Both the position numbers and the translations under genes were made by a program. From positions 2,235 to 66,234 of IMG/VR virus record IMGVR_UViG_3300037493_004552: a stretch of 64,000 nucleotides of DNA; one strand, given 5' to 3'. Below the pieces are notes generated by a model. The model ran no database searches. It saw nothing but the letters and a program-made list of their open reading frames with translations, and was not told the origin of the DNA. Source of the stretch: a virus (taxonomy: Duplodnaviria > Caudoviricetes). Of the stretch, positions 25,540-36,382 are shown one piece after another. The stretch's first letter is position 1; every line of letters starts with the position of its first letter.

Positions 25540-27360
25540 CTAAGGTAGTGTAAATACTGTTGATGTTACTCGATTACCACCAGTATAAAATTGTGCTACT
25601 ACTGATGATCCAGAATAAGCCATTCTAAATGGAGCAAATCAACCTGTAAGATTAAATGAAGTATCTGATTGTATTGATCATGAAACATCTAGTGAATATT
25701 GTGGATGTATTTTTAATATACCTACTTTACCAACATTAGTAACAGTCATTGCATTACCTGACATATTAGTATTATTCCCTCATATTCCAATTTCAAAAAT
25801 ACTATCAGATAATCATATATTAAACACTCAAAGGGATGTAGAATATTCTCATCTAGCAGTTGTTCAAAATCAAAATGTAGTAGAATTAGATCAAATAGAA
25901 TAACATTGTGCTCATGCTGAAAATGAACCATCTCATATAGCATGTGCGCCATATCATATAGCTACTGATGATGATCAAGTAGCGGTATTCCAATTTCATA
26001 TAGCAACTGATTCATATGCATTAGCAGTATTATAACTACCTATAACCGTAGATCATGTTGTTGCAGTATTTGCATATCCAACTGAAAAAGTATTATATTC
26101 TGGAGTGGTTACTATTATATTTTTTGATACTGCTCATTGTATAGGAATATATCAACTCAATACTCCTCCTGTTATATATCACAATGGATTAGATGTATAG
26201 TAATTTCAACTATACATATTAAAATATGTTCCGCTATTAGCAACCAAAAGATATGGATCTAATGCTAATCATGTTAAGTATCATTGCGATGCATGATTAC
26301 CTCGTCCATATGCTGTATTCCAGTTACCTGTCATAGATATATTAACTCGATTACCTGAATTATTTAAGAAATAATTTCGATTACCTGAATTAGAATTTAT
26401 TGTTCACATAGCTATTGGATCTGATTCAGGATCATCTACATTCTTGATCTTGTCCCAATCAGCTGATGTGGTTACTCAAGCAACATATTTATTACCTACC
26501 ATCATATCTCCGATATTGTAATATATACTACCACCTGTTCATGCAGCAGAGATTAAATAAAAATCTCATGTACTCATTCAAGTAGGATAAGTTCCACCAG
26601 CCATTGACCATATTCCTTTATATGACATATCTGATAGGAATACTGCTAATAGATTATCTACTTGTCCAGTAGTATAATAACTTCCTGAATGATTATAAAA
26701 ATATAATGCATTTCCTGATTGATTAATTACTCGATTATATGTAGTATTTCGATTACCTGTTTGTGACAATAATACATACGAAGATAATACTGCACCAGTT
26801 ATATATCATTTAGGATTATTATTATAATAAGTACCAGAATTTGTATTGAAATATACTCAACTATTAGCTGTAAATATTGGATCTAATTCTGTAAATCCTG
26901 TAAGGTATCAACTTAATGCACCTCATGTTATATAACCTAATGGATTATTAGTATAATATGTTCATGAATTAGCATTAAAGTATATTCATGAATTAGCAAT
27001 AAAATAATTTCATGAGTTTGTATTAAAATATGTACCACTATTTGCATTGAAATATATTCATGAATTTGCAAGAAAATAATTTCATGAATTAGTATTAAAA
27101 TATATTCATGAGTTTGTATTAAAATATGTTCATGAATTTGCAATAGTTAAATATCATGAAGTAATTAACCCACTAATACTTTTCGCAAAATCTGCTGCAC
27201 TTATTTTATTTTGTGCAGTAGAATCTTGAACCATCACATAATGTGATGATGGTATGATATTTGTTATAGTTGGAAGTCCTAATATATTAGGAGCAATGAT
27301 AGCATATGTTGTTCAAAGAACAGCAGCTACTCATAAAACTCGTGACAATAATTTTTTCAT
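25540..27360 (-). CDS. signal-peptide, Ser/Thr-Gly-rich repeat protein (606 aa)
   Basis: MKKLLSWVLGVAAVLGTTYA; NSGxYFxx octapeptide repeats. Confidence 0.7.
26950..27145 (-). repeat. 24-bp coding tandem repeat (NSG[T/I/N]YF[N/L/I][T/A], about 8 copies)
   Basis: Directly visible; one copy has AGT GGT where the others have TCA TGA. Confidence 0.85.
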
Positions 27361-27385
27361 AATTACTTAGAATTAAAGTATAAAA

Positions 27386-27886
27386 CTATAATGTTGCAGA
27401 TATATCGATATTATAATTTCCTAATCCATCATCAACAAGAGTTAATCTATGTCTGGTTCCATCAGTAGATTTAAGAACTATTCCTTTAGCAAGATCAGTA
27501 ACTTCTATATCAGTAGATGTAGTATGTCAAATATTACATACACCTTGTAAGTCTTGCATTGCTGGCAATATACTAGATATATCTATACTTGATTCACAAT
27601 CAGTTCATTGATTAGTATATAATGTATATCCATCTAATGATAATGGAACAGGATAACATGTTGGTGGTACATATAGTAGACATGAAAGGTCTACACAATT
27701 TCCACTATCTCAAGAAATACATAAATTATATGTATCACAATCCATAGTCAAATATTGTTCTCCAGTAATTATGCCCATTGGTGTCATGGTCCAGTTACAA
27801 CCATTGAACACTAATACATAACTTTTGTTCCTTTCAACAGCACATCCATCTACAGGGAATCAAAATAAGAAATCAAGAATATTCAT
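27386..27886 (-). CDS. Cys-rich tail-associated protein (166 aa)
   Basis: VFNGCNW family motif; CVDLSCL. Confidence 0.65.
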
Positions 27887-27910
27887 AAGTCATATGTTAT
27901 TAAGATAAAA

Positions 27911-28141
27911 TTATATTAATGCTCTTCGGGATATGTTTCATTCTTCATCATGAGATAATGTTTGATTGGGAATTCATACATCATATCATGGTAAATCTTG
28001 TAAGTATTCTGTGAACGATTTCATTACCCATTTACATCAACAAAAAGATAACATATAACACTGATCTGTGTCGAAAGAACACATATCTTCTATACTCCAT
28101 CATGCTATTTTTTCACCCCCAAAGGTCAGCGAATTAATCAT
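27911..28141 (-). CDS. small Cys-containing virion protein (76 aa)
   Basis: FCGCKW variant of the family motif. Confidence 0.5.
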
Positions 28142-28335
28142 GTTTTCTTTTTAATACTAAGTAAATGTGTGATGTTAACAAACCTGAATCTGAAGTTTGT
28201 ATCGGGAGCATATGCTAGCACTCGTGTGTCTCCCTGTTTATATCCTTCTTGTAATTCTTTGAAAGATACATCTCATAGATCGGTGATCTTCTCCGCTCCT
28301 CGAGCTCAAAGATTTGTTGCTGGTAATTGTAACAT
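28105..28335 (-). CDS. hypothetical protein (76 aa)
   Basis: CCCC-ATG start; open frame. Confidence 0.5.
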
Positions 28336-28351
28336 GGGGATATATTAAAGA

Positions 28352-29251
28352 TTAAAAACCTAATCATATTCATAAATTTGTTAATGGATTAGCAATTTGT
28401 TTTACTGTAGTAGATAATGGAACCCACTCATATTTTTGTGTGGTAGGATTTATTTTCCATGACCCAGGTCCAGAAACTGTACTAGTTGGTTTAACTATAT
28501 TTTTGTCTTGAATAGGATTTAATATTTTAGAACTAGAATTAGATTTTGCTGTAGATGAAGCAGCTCTAGCTAATGAATTATTATAATTTGCAGCAGCATT
28601 TTGTTCATTAATACTAGACAATGCAGTTGGTATGCCTTGCTGTAATTGTGCAGCTGTACCTAATCATGCTTGTCTTGTAGCTTCTATATCAGCAAACTTA
28701 GGAGCGAACTGATTAGAAATTTCATTTTGTGCTTTATTAAGTTGCCCTGCTGTTGCTCACTGCATTCATGCAGTTCCTTGAGCATCACCAATTTGTATCG
28801 CTTTACTTAATGCTGTTCATGATTTTGCTGAATCAGCTGATTTATTAACAGCAGATTTTTGATCATTTACTGCCGCCATCATTTCTGCTTTAGCATTACT
28901 GAGATTTGATATGTTATTATTTGATTCTCATATTTGTGATACTAAATCATCATATTTTTTTGACATTGCTAATAGGTCTGGATTAAGTGCTCAAAGCTTA
29001 TGATCTGTTTCAGTATATTCAGATATAGGAGTACCAATAAATCTTTGTTCTGCATCGGTTTTATTATTTAATAAACTTTCTATTTGATTAAATAATAATG
29101 CTTTGTTTTTTCATATACGCATAACTTCATCATCGATAAGATTTTGTTGTCACAAAAAACTAGCAGAATTCCATTTAGGATTTTTCCAAGCAGCTTCTGT
29201 TGCTTCATTTCTTATGGGATTATCCCAGTCTAATGTGCTTTTACTTACCAT
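28352..29251 (-). CDS. Ala/Gln-rich putative internal virion (ejection) protein (299 aa)
   Basis: Composition and position; frame joins the ORF-track fragment. Confidence 0.55.
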
Positions 29252-29462
29252 CGGTACATTCACATTTATCTAAAACAATATCTCTCTCTTCAGGAGAAAG
29301 AGCTTTAAGAATATCAATTACTTTTTGAAGCTTAGGATCAATAGGTTTATCCTCACCTGTATTTATACTTTCATCGGTGCTGATAACTACCAACTTCTTT
29401 ATATCCTCGGGAAGTTGATCTCTAATCTCTTGTAGTTTTTGTAGTAATACTTTTGGATCCAT
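29241..29462 (-). CDS. hypothetical protein (73 aa)
   Basis: Intact ORF. Confidence 0.6.
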   Translation of the reverse strand: MDPKVLLQKLQEIRDQLPEDIKKLVVISTDESINTGEDKPIDPKLQKVIDILKALSPEERDIVLDKCECTDGK

Positions 29463-29469
29463 GATATAA

Positions 29470-29898
29470 TTAAAATTGATTTAAAGCTTTTATATTATAT
29501 TCTTTACTATCATTCATTCTCTTTTCCATATCTCTTGCTTGTTGAGAATCATCATGATATTGAGATGGGTCTTTCTTATATGATCTATCAAGTTCAGTTT
29601 GTATACCATCTCAATCTGATACTGGTCTTTCTCAAGCAGGACGAACATATGGATTATATTTTTTAGGAGCAGCATATGCTTCTTTAAATTTTGTAATAGC
29701 AGATACTGCCGTCTTATGTAATGGAGATGAGGCAAGAGCCTGAGATCCATATGATCACAAAGCATTTGCTCATGCATTCGCAGCACCAGCGAGTTTAGAT
29801 TTGTATCCTTGTAATACATTTGTGAATCTATCTTTGAGTTCACTTCAAACATTATTGTTCTTTATGTATTCTCAAATAGCTCTTATCTTATCTAACAT
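29470..29898 (-). CDS. putative internal virion protein (142 aa)
   Basis: Open frame, Ala/Gly-rich. Confidence 0.55.
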
Positions 29899-29930
29899 GA
29901 GTAAAAATATTATTTAATAAAAATTTAGAA

Positions 29931-30716
29931 TTAATCCATTGGTTGCCGTTGAGATGTCGGGCTATATCGATTAGAATAACCTCTTCAATCTCGGTTGATT
30001 CTTTCTATAGGGTTTCATGAATTATCATATTTCATTTCTTTTATAAAAGGTGTATTATTTGGACCACCTTTTCATTCGACCGTTCTCATACCATATCATT
30101 TCCTATATGCTGGCAGCTCATTAGCTCTTATTTTTAATCGATCTGCACCAGATGGTTTTCATACTGGTCTAGATTCAAAATTACTAGCTCTTGTAAGATT
30201 ACCATTTATATCTCTATCCATATAATTTGCAACACTAGAAAATTCTCATGGTTTATCAGAAAAATTTGCTGGTAAAATTTCGCTCAATCTTTCTTTGATT
30301 TTAGATAGTGCTTTATGGTCATTTTTTGATTGTTTTAATATATTAGAAAATTTAGCCATAGCTTTAGGGCCTAACTTCTCAAAGTAGGGAACGGCTTTAT
30401 TTATTATACCCATTACTCATTCTTCGATACGTCCTGCAGGTAATGCTATAGCTGCTGTCTCAACAATATCATTAAATGCTGCGTTAGGTTCTCAATTCTT
30501 ACCATATCTTTGTTTAATACTTTCTCAAACAGTTAATGGTTTGAGTGCAGGATATTTTTTGTTGAATGCTAATTCATGTTCATATCATGTTGGTACTCAC
30601 ATAGCTCCAGCTCAATAACTAGCTGGTGCTCAAAAATCTACTGCTCTCTTTTCAGGAGCAATAGTTTCTTTATTAACATTCAATACTGAATTTTTTACAT
30701 TATCCAATCGTCACAT
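29931..30716 (-). CDS. putative internal virion/ejection protein (261 aa)
   Basis: Starts MGWLDNVK (TGA then CGA); open frame. Confidence 0.55.
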
Positions 30717-30725
30717 AGAATATAA

Positions 30726-31256
30726 TTAAATGTTAAATTGAGTATGGTTTTTTACAGTATGAACTGTACGAGTAATAAGATCATTCCAAAGAATATTGAA
30801 GAATTTTTTAGTAATTGTTACACCTGTATTAATTTCACTTCATACAACTCCAGTTACAATTCCTGGGATTGGTTGCTGTACCATAGTTTCTTTGTAATAT
30901 GTTTTGATATTTTTTACATCAGCAACAGTTAGATCAGCTACATCAGCACTAAATTTAGTAGCGTCAAATGTAGAAGTTGATGTGTGTGTAGTAATACAAA
31001 TATAGTCTTGACCATCATTACTAATCAAATCACCAGCAGTAATTAATGTTATTGCTGTCCAAGGCGTATAATCTCATGGTACATGCATAGCAGTAGTATC
31101 ACTTTCAGTCATTGCTACATTATTTGAAAGAGCGGGATTGTAAAATATATCTTTGATTTGTACTCCTCAAAGAAATTTAAAGTTGAATGCTGCCTGTTCA
31201 TTAGCAGTCATACCACTCCATAGAGCAGCAGGTATTCCATAAATATTAGTAGGCAT
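30726..31256 (-). CDS. virion protein with a CBM5/12-like motif (176 aa)
   Basis: WTAITLITAGDLISNDGQDYICITTHTS. Confidence 0.6.
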
Positions 31257-31299
31257 TTTTAAAGGTATAAGAATATAAAAATTGTATCATGATATGATA

Positions 31300-31578
31300 C
31301 TACATGAATGATCTTGCCATGTCTTGTGCATTAAATTGATCTTCAGGAGCTGCTTCTTCTTTAGGAGCAGTTTCTTTTTTCTTAGTCTTAATAACTTTAC
31401 CAATCGCTTCGTAAAGATGTTGAAGGTCTTTAGCGGGTAGGTCTAATACTGCGTCGATTACTTCTTGAATAGGAGCACCAGCAATATCTTCAGCTACATC
31501 TTCAGCTGATTCATCTGCTTTTTTTCCTTGTGCTTCTTCTACATCAGCAGGAGCACCTTTAAGTTGTTCTGGAAACAT
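31300..31578 (-). CDS. acidic hypothetical protein (92 aa)
   Basis: MFPEQLKGAPADVEE...; start has the T-rich upstream box. Confidence 0.65.
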   Translation of the reverse strand: MFPEQLKGAPADVEEAQGKKADESAEDVAEDIAGAPIQEVIDAVLDLPAKDLQHLYEAIGKVIKTKKKETAPKEEAAPEDQFNAQDMARSFM

Positions 31579-31603
31579 GATAATACATATTAAAGATAAA
31601 AGT

Positions 31604-33865
31604 TTATGGTGTGATACCCAAGATCTGATCTGGGTTATTGGGATTTGTCTCTGGTGTATATCCACTATCAGTTGTTAAGTCTCATAATGTTGCTACATTT
31701 TCAAGTCTTGTTATGTCAATATCAGAGTATTGATAACCGATGAAAAATCAACCGAATTCTATCTTATTATTTCATCTTGCTACTATTTCGAATGAGAAAA
31801 CTTCTCATCGTACCCCAAGAGGAATCTTAACTACACCCATTTTTGCCAGACACATTGTGGTTTCTTCGTTTCAATCAGATGATATCGAACGATCGACACC
31901 ATAATTTATATATGAATTGAATTCATTATATGTTGTGAACTTCTGTATTCATGCACGAGTTCATAAACAGTTATCTATCTCTATTCAAACAGGATAATCC
32001 ATTATTTCTGCTAACGCTTGGTTATCCAAATCGGGCGTGATCTTTGTTCTCATTAGATTAGCAACATAATCTGTTCTTCATAGATCGCCATATACTGTTT
32101 GGTATCATCGTCAACCATCTATAACAGTTGAAGTGAATCCTGATAGATGAGATTCAATATAACTATTAAACCCAATAGGAAGTTTAACAAACTCAATTTT
32201 CTTATTAGCTGTATGTCCCTGATCTCACCATGTCATAGTCACGATCTGCGTGATAGGATTACCGTTATCGGTAGTTCCTGTGTTAGAAAAGACTCAACGT
32301 CACAAGAATATTCCATCACACATTCTTTCCATATCACATCATTGTATATATCGTTTATGTCGTAGATTATAGTATCTATCAAAGATAAGTAACTTAGTAT
32401 TTCAAGATCCATTATTAATAAATACTCGAAACTTATTATATTGTACATCTAAATTAACTTCATCTATTCATCTTATCAACATTCATAAATCAGTATTAAG
32501 AAAATTATTCATATATGTAAAATACCACACGGGGATTGAATTACTATATGATGATTGTATTCCCATCTGATAAAAGTCATGTGACTTTCTTACAATAAAA
32601 AAGTTTTCATCAGAGGTATTGATAGCTCATTGTGATCGATATCAGTTTGAGTCTGTAATCGCTCACATTTTTGTCACTCAAGTTGTCCAATCTCTTGTAA
32701 AGTATCACATATTATCTGGTCCTATAAGAATCAGATATCACATATACTCTATTAATCTTGTATATAATCAATTAGTAACTACATTTAATGATGGTGTGAA
32801 ATTAAATTTCTCCCAACCCATTCATCCATTTCATAATACTCAGGTTCTACCATCAAGATACGAAAAAGAATCTCATCGTGCTAACATACAATAGATTGTT
32901 TTAGGATTTTTTGTGGTATTGAAATTTGTATTGAAATATGTGTCACCTGCATATGTATACTCACATGTTACGGCTGTATCATTGTCGTAATTTCGATGGA
33001 AGATACCATCTGATGTTACTCGATGTAATGTAAGTCAATAATCTTTATATACCGTATATGATACTTTATCTAATGTAACATCAGTTAATGGTGTACCATC
33101 AACAGCAGACATATTAATTCATGGAACCCGTGTACCATTAATCATTAAAGCATTTGGGGCGATAGTCATATCACCTGTTGGTAAATCTGCTGCTATTCAT
33201 CAGACCTTAACAACATATCATGTTATTCATGAACCATCAGTAATATAGATATAGTCTCAAGCGGCCGCATTTATTGTTGATCAATCTTCATTAACTAATG
33301 AAGAGAAATATTCATCACCTACTTTATTTACTCTCGCTACTCATGCAGTTCATGAAGATACTTTCTTTCATTTAACATGAGTGGTTAATACAAATCTATC
33401 ATAGAGACAATCTTTAAATGGGAAATATGATTTTCAATTATATGAAGTAATATTTTCTATTCTTCATTCTTCTATATCATTTAAACAACTATTATCACAT
33501 GGTGATATATCATTGACTGCTACTTGTTTATATAATCTCATCTTTGTCTTAGCATCATTAAGCACAAAGAAATATCTCTTACCATCAACAACTTTCATAT
33601 CTGTGACATGTGGATTATTCCAATCAGATGTATTATCTGTTAATGATGTCATAGATAATTTTTTGAATCATGCTCTTTTATTTACAAAAAATTGTGTCTT
33701 GTCTCCTTTATCAAAAGGTGACTGAGCAAAAAGAGTTCTGAAGGAGTCGTTAAAATATGGCGGCTTTAAAAGCTGACAATTAATAATGTTTTGATAGACT
33801 AGATTCCCTTCATTCGTGACGAATCTTCAATCATAATACTGTATGTCTTGTCATTGAGATGCCAT
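31604..33865 (-). CDS. putative podovirus tail nozzle/stabilisation protein (753 aa)
   Basis: Size, beta-rich sequence, LLIFDRYYNLWHKW motif, position downstream of the adaptor. Confidence 0.6.
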
Positions 33866-33872
33866 AAATTAT

Positions 33873-34616
33873 TTATTTTAGATAAAGTTTTTTACCATTA
33901 AGATATTTAGAATATATTTTATTCATATTAATTAAGAACTGTGCTTCAGTAACTTTTCAAACCATAAGTGGTTTAACTACTGTAGTAGTTTTTACTGGAA
34001 TAGTTTTTTTAATCGTGATTGTAGAAGGAATAGAATCAACTCATTCAATTAAACATTCAGGTCTTCTATTTTCAAATCTATATTCAGCTGTATTTTCTTT
34101 AATAGCTCGATCACATTGTTCATATGAAGATATCATTTGTAATTTTTGGTTTAATCATACCATCATTACCCGATATCAAGATCGATATCCATATCAAACT
34201 TCATTATAGTTTGTAGATCTTAATAATAATTCATGTCATGGAGAAGATATCCATCATTTAAATATCTCTTCTGGTTGTGTACTAGTAAAAAAATTGTGTG
34301 CAATATTTTCTCAGATTTCTATAGATTTATATCATCATATAGATGCTCTATTAGCAGGATTTGTTCAATCAACTTCTGTATGCGAAAAGAATTTATTCTC
34401 TGCCATCTCTTTTGCGTATGCCTCAGCAATGTCTTCTAGTTTTTCACTTGCTTCATAGCGTGGTAATTTTAATCATAATCTGTAATTAGTTACAAGATCA
34501 CTTAATATAGCTTCATATGCACCACCCTCATTTCTTAATGATGCAGTATCAGCATTAGTTATTCAAGTTATCAAAGCCGCAGCAAAGATAACTAGTAATC
34601 GTTTAGTGTTTTTCAT
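33873..34616 (-). CDS. secreted CAP/SCP-domain protein (247 aa)
   Basis: Signal peptide; NYR...EMAENKFFSH...GENIA...WISSPGH...EVGYG...YWV. Confidence 0.85.
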
Positions 34617-34644
34617 GGGGATATATGGTTAAACAATAAAACTA

Positions 34645-35454
34645 CTAAGGTAATATGTATTGTCACATACCAACTGGATTAGGTTGTGCTTTCGCGATAG
34701 CTGGATATGATGGATCAAACCTTACTGAATCTGGGAATACATTATCTGCCATCTTCATAAAGTCTAATTCTTTTCTGGCAAGTGATCGATAGTTTAGATC
34801 TTGTTGTGCCATCATGATACCATAAAGTGGTACAACAATAGCGGCTATAACAAATCATAAGATGTGCATATAACTATCTGGGATCGGAACTATATCATCT
34901 CGAGTCTGTATATGTTTAGGTCCACGATAATATGTAACAAATAATGAATTAAGATTAGTAACATCTGCAAGATTAACTTTGATTATTCTTCAGTCTAATC
35001 CTCACATTCATTTTATTTCTGATCAACTTACTTGATATTCATTTTCACATAATACATTCTGTGGTAATACTCTGCGCATCTTTATAGGCTGACACTCTGG
35101 TCAGTTACATGGAATGTCGCATGGACATGTATATATATCATCTGGGAGATCGTCTACACAATCACATGGTCTGATTGTACCATCAACATCTATCCATTGT
35201 GCTGTGTAAAATTTATCTACAGTAGCGACAGGTCGTCTTGTAATAAGTTTCATATGCTTTTTACCAGTGATAGTAAAAGCATCTTTAGTATGTTGCCATG
35301 ACCATATATATCAGTTATAACTATATATAAAGTTGATTGCCATATTAAGCAAATAGAAAAAACTGTTACCTCAAATTGCACGGGTTGCACCATGCTGACT
35401 GAGTAACGGGTATGCAAATTTTAGAGCATCGCGAGCAGTGTAGCTAATTTTGAT
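34645..35454 (-). CDS. putative head-tail adaptor (269 aa), apparent ATC start
   Basis: Position after the capsid; LLNMAI...W helix and VTYYRGP...IPDSY...; Cys-rich insertion. Confidence 0.6.
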
Positions 35455-35558
35455 GGGGTTAGTAAATAAATTATTTCTTTTTATGATGATTTAAAAGTAG
35501 GTTCTTTTGTTGAGGATGACAATCAGCTTTTACTGGGAGCTACCCAAACCAAATTAAA

Positions 35559-35711
35559 TTATTTACTTCTAGATCTAGCCATAGCTTTTAACTTTTGTGC
35601 TAATGCTCTACGTTTTGGTGTACATGTAGATTTAGTTTCAGGTGTGCAGTAACCCTTATGTGCTGGGTTAATTGCCTTTTGAATCCATCTACTAGTTTTT
35701 TTTTCTGCCAT
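35559..35711 (-). CDS. small basic protein (50 aa)
   Basis: WIQKAINPAHKG...RRALAQKLK. Confidence 0.6.
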   Translation of the reverse strand: MAEKKTSRWIQKAINPAHKGYCTPETKSTCTPKRRALAQKLKAMARSRSK

Positions 35712-36187
35712 TATTTTTTAATAGGAGATAAAGGTTTTCATTCTTCTTTTTTAGGAATAGACATTTCTATCTTCCATCTGAATGTTCATACAGCATCTGC
35801 AAAATTAATCATTTGATTTTGTGTAACTAGATCTCATTTATCACCAGTAGTATTAATACCTGCAGATAAAAAATCTTCTATAGTCCTAAGATCAGATGCT
35901 ACTATTTCTAATAATCACATCATTTGTGGTACTGATTCTAATTCTTGTATGTCTGTAAGTTGAGACAATTCAAAAATAGAAGCAGGTGTATTACCTCATA
36001 AAATTCTAACTCTTTCTTTTATTCGATCAATATTATCATCTCCAAAGAATTGATATATATCATTCATTAATAAATGCATTGGCATAAAGATAGGTGAATG
36101 AGCCATATCTGTATGGATGTGATGAAACTTATATTGTAAATAAACAAAGTTTGCTAAAAGCTTTGAAAGATAAGCTATACAATCCAT
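35711..36187 (-). CDS. hypothetical protein (158 aa)
   Basis: Open frame in the recoded table. Confidence 0.6.
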
Positions 36188-36217
36188 GAGAAAATAATTA
36201 GAATATAAACTAAGATT

Positions 36218-36245
36218 AGTATATTGATTACAATTGATTTTGCAA
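36218..36245 (-). promoter_or_regulatory. promoter TTGCAA-N16-TATACT
   Basis: Downstream of the capsid terminator, upstream of ATG 36187. Confidence 0.55.
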
Positions 36246-36279
36246 CTCTATGTATGCATATTATGATAACCTTTATATA

Positions 36280-36316
36280 TCAAAAAAACTAAAGGTTTGA
36301 CCCTTTAGTTTTTTGA
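36280..36316 (-). terminator. intrinsic terminator after the capsid gene
   Basis: Perfect inverted repeat TCAAAAAAACTAAAGG/CCTTTAGTTTTTTTGA. Confidence 0.8.
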
Positions 36317-36382
36317 AGTGCTATCCCCAACACTTAATACTTAGTGTATTGATTAGCTGGGAAAAGGCAACTTATTTTTTAT

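Noticed and set aside
26950-27145. Tandem repeats here and at 11.9-12.3 kb as CRISPR arrays or a diversity-generating retroelement
   Set aside because: They are in-frame peptide repeats without unique spacers; no reverse transcriptase or adenine-specific TR/VR pair was seen.
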